Source of the DNA: an uncultured bacterium
GTDB taxonomy: Bacteria > Patescibacteriota > JABMPQ01 > CAVVCK01
NCBI GenBank assembly: GCA_963746775.1
Contig: CAVVCK010000001.1
Span: forward strand, 339,050 to 403,049
DNA: 64,000 bases
Direction of reading: 5' to 3'
Below the pieces are notes generated by a model. That model did not search any database. It saw nothing but the letters and a program-made list of their open reading frames with translations, and was not told the DNA's origin. This document shows, piece after piece, positions 35,828 through 46,417 of this stretch (within the stretch, counting starts at the first letter, position 1; the number at the start of each line of letters is the position of its first letter). The position numbers and the translations under genes were made by a program.

Positions 35828-36697
35828 TTATTTTCTCAATCCCTTTAAAACCTCCAAATCCTTCATTCTCTCCCTATCTCCCGGCGTTTCGATAACCATA
35901 TTAACATCTTTCAATCGACTATCTCCCACAATTGCTCTAAATCCTTCCAAACCTATTTTTCCCTTACCAATATGTTCATGCCTATCTTTCTTAGCATTAA
36001 AATCAACCATAGAATCATTGCCATGAATTAATTTTAAATATTTTAAACCTATTATTTTATCAAAATCATCAAAAGTTTTTTTGACTGTTTTTTTATCCTT
36101 TAGGTCATAACCAGAAGCAAAGGCATGCGCTGTATCAAAACAAACTCCAATTTTATTTTTAAAAATTTTTACCTTTTCTACTTCCTTGATAATATTAGCA
36201 ATCTCCTGAAAATCATCACCAATAATTTTCCCTGCTCCTGCCGCAATCTCTATTAAAAATTGTGTATTGCCTTTATAATTTTTTAAAACTTCACAAATTC
36301 CCTTAACTACTTTTTTAAAAGATTCTTTCTCACCTAAATCTTTGGCACTACCCAGGTGAGTCATTAAGTATTTAGCGCCTAACTTTGATCCTCGCTCTAA
36401 TTCTTCCTTTAAAACAGAAATAGAACCGTGATAGATTCTATTATTTTTCGATCCCAAATTAATATAGTAAGGAGTATGAATATAAAATTCCTTCTGTTTA
36501 TATTTTTTTAAATTATTTTTAAAATCTAAAACAACATCTGAAGTTAACTCTGGAGCCTTACCACCTCGAGGAGATCTAGAAAATATTTGAAAAACTTCAC
36601 AACCTAAATCCAAAGCTCGCTTGGGAGCATTTTGAATTCCTCCAGCTATTGAAACGTGAGCACCAAAATACATTTGAATTAAATTACTAATTTCCAA
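35828..36697 (-). CDS. nfo: Endonuclease IV (AP endonuclease family 2)
   Basis: Nfo-like N-terminus (GAHVSIAGG), TIM-barrel metal ligands HLGS and YLINL-type motifs. Confidence 0.8.
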   Translation of the reverse strand: MEISNLIQMYFGAHVSIAGGIQNAPKRALDLGCEVFQIFSRSPRGGKAPELTSDVVLDFKNNLKKYKQKEFYIHTPYYINLGSKNNRIYHGSISVLKEELERGSKLGAKYLMTHLGSAKDLGEKESFKKVVKGICEVLKNYKGNTQFLIEIAAGAGKIIGDDFQEIANIIKEVEKVKIFKNKIGVCFDTAHAFASGYDLKDKKTVKKTFDDFDKIIGLKYLKLIHGNDSMVDFNAKKDRHEHIGKGKIGLEGFRAIVGDSRLKDVNMVIETPGDRERMKDLEVLKGLRK

Positions 36698-36838
36698 TAC
36701 CCAATTTCCAATAAAAATTTTAATGTTAAATTACAAAAATAATTTAGACATTAGACATTTTGATTTTTATTAGAAATTAAAAATTATTAATTGGAAATTA
36801 TTCCGCCTTTTATAAATAACTTTTAACAAACTAAAAAA

Positions 36839-37285
36839 TTATTCCCTAATCAACAGCTTCACAATATCCGCTCTACTAACAATCCCCAATAATCTACCAT
36901 CTCTAACAACCGGTACTGGATTAATATGTTCTTCTTCAATTAAAGAAGCTACATCTTCTACGGAATAATCAGGATCTACCGTTACTACCTCAGCTGTCAT
37001 CAATTCACACGCTTTGGTCGCTAATATTTTCTCTAACTCGCTTTCAACTTCAGAAGGATCCTCTAAATAAAGAAAACTATTTAAAAGTTGAATATAACTA
37101 GGCATATGCAATTTTGCTTTTTGCATAATAAGATCTGCTTCAGTAACAATTCCCACAATTTCCTTACCTTTTACTACGGGTATGCCTGTTAAATTATTTT
37201 CAATCAAAAGTTTAGCCACTTCCTTTATAGAAGTATCTTCCCTACAGGTAATAACATTTTTCCTCATTATTTCCGATATTTTCAT
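36839..37285 (-). CDS. CBS-domain pair protein
   Basis: Two CBS motifs (GIPVVKGKEIVGIVTEADL and PVPVVRDGRLLGIVSRADI). Confidence 0.8.
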   Translation of the reverse strand: MKISEIMRKNVITCREDTSIKEVAKLLIENNLTGIPVVKGKEIVGIVTEADLIMQKAKLHMPSYIQLLNSFLYLEDPSEVESELEKILATKACELMTAEVVTVDPDYSVEDVASLIEEEHINPVPVVRDGRLLGIVSRADIVKLLIRE

Positions 37286-37387
37286 ATTTTTTATATTTAT
37301 TTTAATAATCGATACTAATATACAAATTTATACTAATAAATATTCATTTGTATAATTCGTATTCATTAGTATATTTGTATCGTGTAC

Positions 37388-38668
37388 TTATTTTACCATT
37401 TTCTTCACTAAATATTCAAATACTTTTCTGTTTTGTATTAATGTTCTTATATAATCCTCATACTCTGCTGATTTAATTTGTTCTATTATTTTTTTGTCAT
37501 ACGCATACCGAGCTAAAGTTTTATTTTTTTCTTCTTCAACTTCCTTGTTATTAGCTTCAATTTTTTCAATTTTAGCTATTTCTCTTAAAATTAATCCGTA
37601 TTTTGCCCGCTTAGAAGCTTTATCTTCAAATTCTTTTTTTAATTCTTCTTCTGTTTTTTTAATACTTTCTAAATATTTTTCATATTCACCACCTGAGGCA
37701 GCTACCATGTTTTTTAATTCAGCTATCATTTTATTTATTTCACCTTGAACTAAAACCTCTGGAAGTTCTAGCTCTGTTTTTTCAGCTATTTTTTCAAGCA
37801 TTGCTTCCTCTAATCTTGATTTTTCTTTTTGTTGTTCTTCTTTCTCTAAATTTTCTTTAAGCTTTGCTTTTAAATCTTCTAAATCCTTAAATTGTCCCAA
37901 AGATTTTATAAACTCATCATTTATTTCAGGTAAATTTCTTTCACTCACTTTTTTCATTTCTACTTTAAATTCAACATCCCTGTCTGCTAAATTATTTTGG
38001 TGATATTTCTTAGGAAATCTCACACTAAATTCCTTCTTGTCTCCAACTTTCATACCAATTAGATTATCTTCAAATCCTGGTACAAATTGTCCTTCGCCAA
38101 TTATTATGGGATGATTTTTACTCTCACCCTTATCTACGGGTACTTTATTTAAATAAGTCTTAAAATCAACCTCAACAACATCTCCTGATTTTGCTTCTCT
38201 TTTTACTTCAGAATTTTTAGCTCTGCTTTTTCTTAAATTTTCAATCATCTCCTCAACTTTTTTTTCCTCAACTTTTATTTCTTTCTTTTTAACACTAATT
38301 TTATCATATTCGGGTAATTTAAATTCAGATAAATAAGAAACTGTTGCCTTAAATTCAAAAGGATTGTCTGGAACTAATTTTTCCATCTTTATTTCTGGTT
38401 GAGCAATTGCTTCTATTTTATTCTCGGTTATCGCCTGAACATAAAATTTAACAATTGCCTTTCTGGAAGCTTGTTCCCAGAGACCAAAAGTTCCTACTTC
38501 TTTTTCCACAATATTACGTGGTACATGACCCTTTCTAAAGCCAGGAATACTTAAAGTATTAGAAATTTCTTTAGCCGCTTGTTCTAAAAAAGGTTCCATT
38601 TCTGAAACTTCTGCGGAAATATTTAATTCTACCTTACATTTAGGTAATTTTTTAACTTCTACTTGCAT
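37388..38668 (-). CDS. tig: Trigger factor
   Basis: Trigger-factor N-terminus, central FKBP-type PPIase, C-terminal domain, ~430 aa. Confidence 0.85.
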   Translation of the reverse strand: MQVEVKKLPKCKVELNISAEVSEMEPFLEQAAKEISNTLSIPGFRKGHVPRNIVEKEVGTFGLWEQASRKAIVKFYVQAITENKIEAIAQPEIKMEKLVPDNPFEFKATVSYLSEFKLPEYDKISVKKKEIKVEEKKVEEMIENLRKSRAKNSEVKREAKSGDVVEVDFKTYLNKVPVDKGESKNHPIIIGEGQFVPGFEDNLIGMKVGDKKEFSVRFPKKYHQNNLADRDVEFKVEMKKVSERNLPEINDEFIKSLGQFKDLEDLKAKLKENLEKEEQQKEKSRLEEAMLEKIAEKTELELPEVLVQGEINKMIAELKNMVAASGGEYEKYLESIKKTEEELKKEFEDKASKRAKYGLILREIAKIEKIEANNKEVEEEKNKTLARYAYDKKIIEQIKSAEYEDYIRTLIQNRKVFEYLVKKMVK

Positions 38669-38877
38669 AAATTCAATTTGTTAATAATTTAAATTTAACT
38701 AATTTTTTATTAATTAAGATACGTATTTTAAGAATATAATTTTTAAGTCATAAAATCAAGTCTAACTTGACAAAAGCATCTATAACCTTAAAATCTAGGC
38801 ATTGGAAGTCATTAGCCATTAATAATTCAAAATAACAGCTAATCTACTAATGACTAATTAACTAATTACTAAACTCT

Positions 38878-39453
38878 ATGGATTTAATACCCACTGTAAT
38901 AGAAAAATCAACTTATAGCGAACGTGCCTATGATATTTATTCCCGCCTTTTGAAAGAAAGGATTATTTTTTTAGGCGGTCCCATAGACGATAACGTTGCC
39001 AATACCATTATCGCCCAACTTCTTTTCTTGGAAAGTGAAGATAAACACAAAGACATTAAATTATATATTAATTCCCCTGGTGGATCAGTTACGGCTGGGT
39101 TAGCTATCTATGATACTATGCAATATGTTAAATCAAACGTCTCAACTATTTGTGTAGGTTTAGCTGCTTCTATGAGTGCAACTCTATTGGCCGCAGGAAC
39201 AAATGGTATGAGATATGCCCTGCCAAATTCGGAAATTATGATTCATCAGGTCATGGGTGGAGCCCAGGGACAAGCTACTGATGTAGCCATATCAGCCAGA
39301 CATATTATTAAAGTAAAAGAAAATTTAAACAAAATATTATCTAAGCATACCGGACAGAATATAGCCCGCGTAGAGAAGGATACTGACCGAGACAATTATA
39401 TGAATCCGCAAGATGCCAAAAAATATGGTATAATAGATCAAATTATTAAATAA
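38878..39453 (+). CDS. clpP: ATP-dependent Clp protease proteolytic subunit
   Basis: Catalytic Ser context [14 protein letters not shown] plus His and Asp motifs. Confidence 0.9.
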   Translation: MDLIPTVIEKSTYSERAYDIYSRLLKERIIFLGGPIDDNVANTIIAQLLFLESEDKHKDIKLYINSPGGSVTAGLAIYDTMQYVKSNVSTICVGLAASMSATLLAAGTNGMRYALPNSEIMIHQVMGGAQGQATDVAISARHIIKVKENLNKILSKHTGQNIARVEKDTDRDNYMNPQDAKKYGIIDQIIK

Positions 39454-39538
39454 ATTATGCTTACTAATATACGAATTATAATTATATTAGTAATATTATT
39501 AGTATAATTCATACGTATTAGTATTGATATATTCACAT

Positions 39539-39688
39539 ATGACTAAAAAAGTTAAACAAAAAATAAAAAATGCTAAAACGAGACTTAAGAAAATTCCAAT
39601 AGCTATTATATCTCTAATATTCGGAACTTTTTTCTTTGCTTTTTTAGCTATTTTTATCAGAAAAAAAGGTAAAAATAAGAATAAATAA
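39539..39688 (+). CDS. Possible 49-aa single-TM small protein in the long clpP-rny spacer
   Basis: Unannotated small ORF MTKKVKQKIKNAKTRLKKIPIAIISLIFGTFFFAFLAIFIRKKGKNKNK. No other support. Confidence 0.25.
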   Translation: MTKKVKQKIKNAKTRLKKIPIAIISLIFGTFFFAFLAIFIRKKGKNKNK

Positions 39689-40107
39689 ACTACGTATGAA
39701 ATTCTGAATATATTAATATTAATTTTTTCTTTTAGAATAGTCCTGTTAACCAGAAAAAAGTGAACTTGTAAGCGTTAGAATTTAATACGTAGTAAATATC
39801 GTTGCAATTATTTCATAAACATGCTAGATTTTAAATAATCAATTTATTAAATAATAAATCGTAAACTTTCGTAGAAATTGAATTATCTTGAAATTATTAT
39901 GTTAGAAAACAATACTAAAATAAGAGAGCTTGGAGAAGATACAGTTAATTCTGTGGATTTTTTAAATTATCTTTCAAAAAAGACTATTAATTCTCTAATT
40001 AAGAAAAAGGCTATTAAAAAACTAGCTAAATCTCATATTTTAGTACTTTAAAATACTGTAATTCTTGATCAAAATTACGAAATTGCTTACGAAAGAAAGG
40101 CAAATAT

Positions 40108-41634
40108 ATGGAAATTTTAATTGTTGTTATTCCTATTGCAACTTTGTTAGGAGGACTGGGAACTGGATACTTCTTGCGTAAAAAACTTGCTATAAAACAA
40201 AAAGAGAGCGCTGAGTTCGATGCAGATAAAATCATTGGCGAAGCTAAAACTAAAGAAAAGGAAATTATTATCGCTGCCAAAGACCAAGCCCTAAAAATTA
40301 CTGCCGAGGGAAAATCCGAAGAACAAGAAAGAAAAAATAAAATATCTCATTTAGAAAATCGCTTAGAAAAACGCGAGGAGTTTTTAGATTCAAAACTTGA
40401 TGAAATAGAAAAAAATAGAAAAGACTTAGAAATCAGAGCTAAAAATGCTCAAAGAATAAAACAAGAATTAACCAGTATAAAAATAAAACAATTAGAAACT
40501 CTGGAAAAAGTAGCCGCTCTATCTAAAGAAAAAGCTAAAGAAGTATTATTAGAAATGGTAGAAAAAGACATGCAAGATCAGGTATTAGCTCGCATAGAGA
40601 AAGTAAAAAGAGTAACCAAGGAGAAAGCTGATGTTGAGGCTAGAAATATTATAGCCCAAGCAATACAGCGACAATCTCAATCTCAAGCATCTGAGACAAC
40701 CACCACAGTTGTAGCTCTTCCTTCTGATGAAATGAAAGGAAGGATTATTGGACGCGAAGGAAGAAATATTAAAAAACTTGAAGAAATGACTGGAGTAGAG
40801 ATTGTGGTTGATGATACTCCTGAAGCCATTGTTATTTCTGGATTTAACCCTATTAGACGCCACGTAGCTAAAATGACTTTAGAAAAATTAATTTTAGATG
40901 GCCGAATACATCCCGCCAGAATTGAAGAAAAAATAGAAGAATCAAAAAGAGAAATTGCTAAAAGTATTAAAGAAACAGGAGAAAACACAGTTTATGACTT
41001 AGGTATTGCCGACTTTGATCCTAAATTAGTTCAATTATTAGGAAGACTAAAATATAGAACTAGTTATGGACAAAATGTGTTACAACATTCTGTAGAAGTA
41101 GCTAACCTTTCGGCTATCATAGCCGAAGAGTTAGGTGCTAATGTTTCTGTAGCTAAAAGAGCAGGTATTATGCACGATATTGGTAAAGCGGTTGATCATG
41201 AAGTCGAAGGAACTCATATTGAAATTGGCCGAAATATTTTACAAAAATTCAAGGAATCACCAGAAGTTATTCATGCTATGGAATGTCACCATGATGATGT
41301 CGAACCAAGAACAGTTGAAGCAGTCATAGTTGATGCTGCCGATTCTATTTCAGGTGCCAGACCCGGAGCTCGTAAAGATACCTATGAAAATTATATAAAA
41401 AGACTTGAGGAACTAGAAAATATTGCTACTACTTTCAAAGGTGTTGAAAAATCATACGCCATTCAAGCTGGCCGAGAAGTAAGAGTTTTCGTTATGCCTA
41501 ATGAAATTGATGATTTAGCTGCTACCAAACTTGCCAAAAACATAGCTGATAAAATAGAAGCTGAACTTAAATATCCTGGTGAAATTAAGGTTAACGTTAT
41601 TAGAGAAACTAGAGCTATTGAATACGCTAGATAG
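40108..41634 (+). CDS. rny: Ribonuclease Y
   Basis: N-terminal TM, coiled coil, KH domain (GRIIGREGRNIK) and HD domain (MHDIGKA). Confidence 0.9.
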   Translation: MEILIVVIPIATLLGGLGTGYFLRKKLAIKQKESAEFDADKIIGEAKTKEKEIIIAAKDQALKITAEGKSEEQERKNKISHLENRLEKREEFLDSKLDEIEKNRKDLEIRAKNAQRIKQELTSIKIKQLETLEKVAALSKEKAKEVLLEMVEKDMQDQVLARIEKVKRVTKEKADVEARNIIAQAIQRQSQSQASETTTTVVALPSDEMKGRIIGREGRNIKKLEEMTGVEIVVDDTPEAIVISGFNPIRRHVAKMTLEKLILDGRIHPARIEEKIEESKREIAKSIKETGENTVYDLGIADFDPKLVQLLGRLKYRTSYGQNVLQHSVEVANLSAIIAEELGANVSVAKRAGIMHDIGKAVDHEVEGTHIEIGRNILQKFKESPEVIHAMECHHDDVEPRTVEAVIVDAADSISGARPGARKDTYENYIKRLEELENIATTFKGVEKSYAIQAGREVRVFVMPNEIDDLAATKLAKNIADKIEAELKYPGEIKVNVIRETRAIEYAR

Positions 41635-41760
41635 GGAATAAATCGAAATAAATTGAGATACAATAGAGATACATAAAAACTGATTATAATACATCTAAAA
41701 CAATGTATTTCTACAAATTTTAACTGTATTTCATTTTTTACTCTATATTAATATTAAGAG

Positions 41761-42555
41761 ATGAAAATAATTTTCTTCGGAGATGTGGTTGGCCAACCAG
41801 GCCGTAGCGCTCTTCGCCAAATAATCCCAGAAATTAAAGAGGAATACAACCCTGATGTAATTATTTGTAATGGTGAAAATTTAGCTCACGGTAAAGGTAT
41901 TACAGAAAAAACACTACAATCGATTATTGATGCTGGCATAGATGTAGTAACTTCTGGCAATCATATCTTTAAAAAGAAAGAAGGAATCGAAATTTTAATG
42001 CAGGAAAAATTACCTGTAATTAGACCAGCTAACTATCCCCCAGGAGTTCCGGGCAGAGGTTATATTTCTATAGATATTGGCACCGAAAAACTTCTAGTTA
42101 TTAACGTTATTGGACAAGCTTTTTTTGGAGAAGACTTTGATTCCCCTTTTAGAAAATTAGATGAAATTCTAGATTCGAAAGAAGCTTCAGGCGCTAATGC
42201 TATTCTTGTGGATGCCCATACGGAAGTAACTTCAGAAATTAAAGCTCTGGGATATTACTTAGATGGCCGAGTCTCCGCTTGTCTCGGCACCCATACTCAT
42301 ATTCCTACTGCTGACAGTAGAATTTTAAATAAAGGCACTGCCTATTTATCAGATGTCGGTATGGTTGGCATTAAAGATTCTGTTTTAGGTGTTAGAAAAG
42401 ATGAAGTTTTAGAAAAATTTCTAACTCAAATGCCCGCTAAATTTGAAATAGAAGATCATGGAATATGTGAAATTTCCGGTGTTTATATAGAAACTGAAGA
42501 AGGATCAATTAAAGCCAAAAAAATAGAACCAATATATAGGGAAGTGGAAGTCTAA
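41761..42555 (+). CDS. ymdB: YmdB-family metallophosphoesterase (2',3'-cyclic-nucleotide phosphodiesterase)
   Basis: N-terminus MKIIFFGDVVGQPGR and the conserved rny-ymdB gene pair. Confidence 0.85.
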   Translation: MKIIFFGDVVGQPGRSALRQIIPEIKEEYNPDVIICNGENLAHGKGITEKTLQSIIDAGIDVVTSGNHIFKKKEGIEILMQEKLPVIRPANYPPGVPGRGYISIDIGTEKLLVINVIGQAFFGEDFDSPFRKLDEILDSKEASGANAILVDAHTEVTSEIKALGYYLDGRVSACLGTHTHIPTADSRILNKGTAYLSDVGMVGIKDSVLGVRKDEVLEKFLTQMPAKFEIEDHGICEISGVYIETEEGSIKAKKIEPIYREVEV

Positions 42556-42686
42556 TAGTTTAAATTGTTAAATATTTTATTTTTAAAACCACTATTTAGG
42601 TTATCCACAATATAATTTGCTTAAATTTAAGTATTTGGCTATAATTAGGTAAATTTAAGATTCAATATTAATCTATAAGAAAGGGG

Positions 42687-42977
42687 GTGAGAAAAATGAA
42701 TAAAATGGAATTAGTTGCTGCCTTAGCTTCTAAGGCTGGCATTTCAAAGAGTGATGCTGAAAACTGTCTTAATGGTTTAGTTTCTATCGTTACTGAAAAA
42801 ATGAAAGCTGCAGAAAAAGTAGCTATTACAGGTTTTGGAACATTTGGCATTACTGACAGAAAAGCAAGAACAGGTGTTAACCCTCAGCATCCTTCACAAA
42901 AGATCCAAATCCCTGCTATGCGCGTACCTAAATTTACAGCTGGCAAGACCCTAAAAGATACTCTTAAGAACAAATAA
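42687..42977 (+). CDS. hup: HU-family DNA-binding protein (alternative start at the ATG at 42696)
   Basis: HU signature (MNKMELV...GFGTFGITDRKARTGVNPQ) with an RBS AAGGGGGTG upstream. Confidence 0.85.
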   Translation: MRKMNKMELVAALASKAGISKSDAENCLNGLVSIVTEKMKAAEKVAITGFGTFGITDRKARTGVNPQHPSQKIQIPAMRVPKFTAGKTLKDTLKNK

Positions 42978-43006
42978 GATAAATCTTTTATATAATAAAT
43001 AAGACC

Positions 43007-43040
43007 CATATTAATAGGGTCTTATTTATTTTACAAAATG
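43007..43040 (+). terminator. Rho-independent terminator after hup (AAGACCC ATATTAAT AGGGTCTT ATTTATTTT)
   Basis: Hairpin plus a T-rich tail. Confidence 0.7.
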
Positions 43041-43174
43041 TAAAATAAAAAATGATTATTTATCTTATCAGAGCACAGGGATTCTTCGCCTCCTCGGCGG
43101 ACCAGCCGACAGAGGCTGGGAACCCAGTACTTATTTTAAAAGGTTAAATTAAACAAAAATAATTGTTACATCTA

Positions 43175-43245
43175 TCGGGGCACAGGGATTCGAACCCAGG
43201 CTAAATCCTCCCAAAGGACTCGTGCTACCATTACACTATGCCCCG
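43175..43245 (-). tRNA. tRNA-Pro (anticodon UGG), no encoded CCA
   Basis: Hand-folded cloverleaf: C1-G72 acceptor (CGGGGCA/TGCCCCG), anticodon loop TTTGGGA, T-loop TTCGAAT, discriminator A. The T-stem has one U-U mismatch. Confidence 0.8.
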
Positions 43246-43477
43246 GATATATAGAAAATATAGGTCATAATTAATTCTCTGTCAATTAAACAAACATATT
43301 ACTAAAATTAAATGACTGCCTGACCTATTCACTATAATAATTCATCTAAGGTCTAATTCACCTAATAAAATAATCAAATCTTAAATTAATAATTAAAAAA
43401 ATATTTATTAATTTTGATATTTTATTATTTAACCTTTTATTAGGTGAATTAGATAAATTGTAATTTAGGTGAATTCA

Positions 43478-46417
43478 TTATTTATTTTTTAACTCATAAA
43501 TCCACTTTGGCAACAAAAAATAAGCAGTACATAGAAAAGAAAATATTAATAAAACAATCACATTCCCTCCGGCCTGAGGAATATTTCCGCCAATTTTATT
43601 TGTAATACTATCTAATATCCCTCCTTCTCCATTTCTTATATCGCTTTGATAACGAGGCAACACTCTATACCCGGAGGAAGTCTCACTCTCAATCCCTAAG
43701 ATTGTTATTTTATCACCCTTTTTCATTTCTGGTTTTTCTATACCAGTATTGGTATTAATATAAACCTTAGCCTGTCCGCTGCCATCATCTACATAAAAAA
43801 CATTGCCAGATGTTTTAGCTATTTCACCAGCAATTTTAATTAATTGTCCCTCATAATCTTCTTTTATGTCTCCTGTTTTAATTTCCCTAGGCTGCGGAGC
43901 AGATTTATGGCTAAAAATTTGAACATCTTCTTTGGCTGATACATTTATTTTCTTTTCATTACCACTTTCTGATGTTTTGCCAAAAACAGTTACTTCATCG
44001 CCTAATTCTAATTTGGGGAAATCTTCTTTAGAAAAATATATTTGCATACCAGCACTTGAATCCTGAATATAAAAAGTTTTCTTGCTAAATAATCCCGGCT
44101 CAGATATTACTGTGCCTTTTATTTTTACTTCTGTATTTTTTTCTTTAGCTCGGGCTTCTTTGATAGAAATAATACCTAAAGCATTACTATCTGACTGCTC
44201 ACTACTTTCTTCAGAATTAGTTGTTGTATTAGAAGTGTTATTACTATCTTCATTAGTAGCATCATTTTCTTCACTGTTTGTATCTTCATTACCCTCTTCA
44301 TCTTCATTTGAAATAATATTTTCTTTTCCTGGTGTCGGCGTGTTAGTCCACTCAAAATTATTTTCATCATTTAGAGCATAAGCATATCCTTCTTTGGCAC
44401 TTTCTTTATAATAAACTTCTGAAGCAATCTCACTATCAGGATAAATTAATCTTGCTTTCTCATCACTATTATTTAAGGAAAGTTTGGTTTCCCCTCTGTA
44501 AAACACTAAATATTCATTAGCTTTAATTGCTTTATCTGTGATAGTATATGGACTACTACCACCATCAGTATCATCAATTTGCCATGATTCTAAATCAACC
44601 TCTTCGCTTCCTTTATTATAAATTTCAATAAATTCTCCTTCGTCAGCTGTATCACTACCTGCTGGATTAGGTAATACTTCCGTTATAATTACATCCTTGG
44701 AAAAAGATTCAGAAATATTTTCTTCTGAATTTGTATTCGTGGTTGTATTAGAATCAGAACTTGGCGTTGTTTCATCTTCTGTTTCTGGCTCTATAATTTT
44801 AACTTTTAGAGTATCGCTATCTTCTCCTCCCCGGCTGTCACTAACAATAAGTTTAACTGTGAAACTGCCTGCCTTAGAATAGACATGCGTTGTTTTATTA
44901 CCTTCACCCTTATTTCCATCGCCGAAATCCCATTTGTAAGCTAATTCATCTCCATCAGAATCAGAGGATTTACTGCCATCAAAAGTAATTTTCTCATTAA
45001 TCTCTGCTTCCATATCGTTCCCTAATAAAGCTTCTGGATTATGATTTTCTGAAATTATTTGGTTCATTTGACCCGGAGTCGGCTCTATACTCCACTGCCA
45101 TAAACTTTCTAATAAATTATATGATTGCCCCTCGGGTGCTGATTCGGAATAAGTAACTGTGTCTAATAAATTACTATTGGGCTGATGCAAGTTTACGGTT
45201 TCCCCACCTGTATTATTTAGAGATATCCCACTAATATTTCTATAAATTATAAAATACCCCTGAGCAGCTATTGTTGTAGAAGTAAAATCATCACCAGAAA
45301 TAACATAATTTGTACTAGAATCACCCACTTGCCAATTCTTTAGATCAACTGCTTCATTGCTTTTATTATAAAGCTCAATATATTCTCCCTCGCTATCACT
45401 ACCAATTGGATTGGGTAAAATTTCATTAATTATTATCTGATCAGAATAAGTAGGTTCTATAATTTCAATTTCTATACTATCTTCTGCTTCATTAGAAGCG
45501 CTATCTATAACACTAATCGGTATTTCATAATTTCCAAAATTAATATTAACAGGTAGGCTATATTCATAGTTATAAATACCATCACTAGCCTCTATATCAC
45601 CATTAGTCCCATCATCAAACATTGATTGAGTATCACTGCCGCCTATGGCTGACAAATCAAGATTAACTGATTCAATATCGCTTAAACCATCTTCATCGGA
45701 AATTTCAGCTGTAAATAATATAGAATTTTCTTCACCTAAAATAAATGAATTGGGATTGGCTTCCAAAGATATTATTTCAGGCGATTCATTTACATATTCA
45801 TTAGAAATACCATAAGTTGGACTATTAAATTCTTGCCAATCACTAAGTTCATTGTTATCTTCACCATCAGCTATTAAACCTAAGGAATGTCCACTAGAAA
45901 TATCTTCTAAATATTCACCATCTTCCCAAATTCCAGCCAAAACTGCATTATTGTCATCCGTTCCGCTATCTCCACCCCAAGCCATAAAATCAACTATGGT
46001 TGTACTATCAAATACTGTTGAATTATTATAAATAGATACTTGATCTGAAGTATTAGCATAATGCGATTCATGTCCATAATTAGCATATATTATTCCTAAA
46101 CTATCGGAAAAATCTAAATCTTCTGTCCCACTATCTGATCTAATTATTAAAAAATTATTAGCTGGCAATATAACTGAGCATGTAAAAATATATTCAGGTG
46201 CTGCATCTTCATCTGTTATTGCCCAATCGTTTAAATCAACATCATCTGCTCCAGCATTATATAATTCCACCCACTCTACTCCATCTACCGGATCATACAT
46301 AACTTCATTAATTTTTATATTGAAATCAGCTGCTTTTATAACTTTCACCGGTAAAATAAAAAAATTTCCTAAAGAAATTAAGGAAATCATAAAGACATTA
46401 AAAAGTTTTTTGATCAT
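43478..46417 (-). CDS. Giant secreted protein with three lamin-tail (LTD) domains, a PKD domain, a C-terminal OB-fold and a TM anchor
   Basis: Signal peptide. LTD motifs are NIKINEVMYDP...EWVELYN, IIINEILPNP...EYIELYN and VIITEVLPNP...EFIEIYN. PKD motif is WDFGDGN. OB-fold is near FYIQDSSAGMQIYF. A hydrophobic C-terminus follows. Confidence 0.6.
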   Translation of the reverse strand: MIKKLFNVFMISLISLGNFFILPVKVIKAADFNIKINEVMYDPVDGVEWVELYNAGADDVDLNDWAITDEDAAPEYIFTCSVILPANNFLIIRSDSGTEDLDFSDSLGIIYANYGHESHYANTSDQVSIYNNSTVFDSTTIVDFMAWGGDSGTDDNNAVLAGIWEDGEYLEDISSGHSLGLIADGEDNNELSDWQEFNSPTYGISNEYVNESPEIISLEANPNSFILGEENSILFTAEISDEDGLSDIESVNLDLSAIGGSDTQSMFDDGTNGDIEASDGIYNYEYSLPVNINFGNYEIPISVIDSASNEAEDSIEIEIIEPTYSDQIIINEILPNPIGSDSEGEYIELYNKSNEAVDLKNWQVGDSSTNYVISGDDFTSTTIAAQGYFIIYRNISGISLNNTGGETVNLHQPNSNLLDTVTYSESAPEGQSYNLLESLWQWSIEPTPGQMNQIISENHNPEALLGNDMEAEINEKITFDGSKSSDSDGDELAYKWDFGDGNKGEGNKTTHVYSKAGSFTVKLIVSDSRGGEDSDTLKVKIIEPETEDETTPSSDSNTTTNTNSEENISESFSKDVIITEVLPNPAGSDTADEGEFIEIYNKGSEEVDLESWQIDDTDGGSSPYTITDKAIKANEYLVFYRGETKLSLNNSDEKARLIYPDSEIASEVYYKESAKEGYAYALNDENNFEWTNTPTPGKENIISNEDEEGNEDTNSEENDATNEDSNNTSNTTTNSEESSEQSDSNALGIISIKEARAKEKNTEVKIKGTVISEPGLFSKKTFYIQDSSAGMQIYFSKEDFPKLELGDEVTVFGKTSESGNEKKINVSAKEDVQIFSHKSAPQPREIKTGDIKEDYEGQLIKIAGEIAKTSGNVFYVDDGSGQAKVYINTNTGIEKPEMKKGDKITILGIESETSSGYRVLPRYQSDIRNGEGGILDSITNKIGGNIPQAGGNVIVLLIFSFLCTAYFLLPKWIYELKNK

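Noticed and set aside
43061-43145. Possible second tRNA upstream of tRNA-Pro
   Set aside because: It shares only a 12-13-nt 3'-half segment with tRNA-Pro and has no T-loop or anticodon arm that folds. It is treated as a remnant or possible attachment-site scar, not a tRNA gene.
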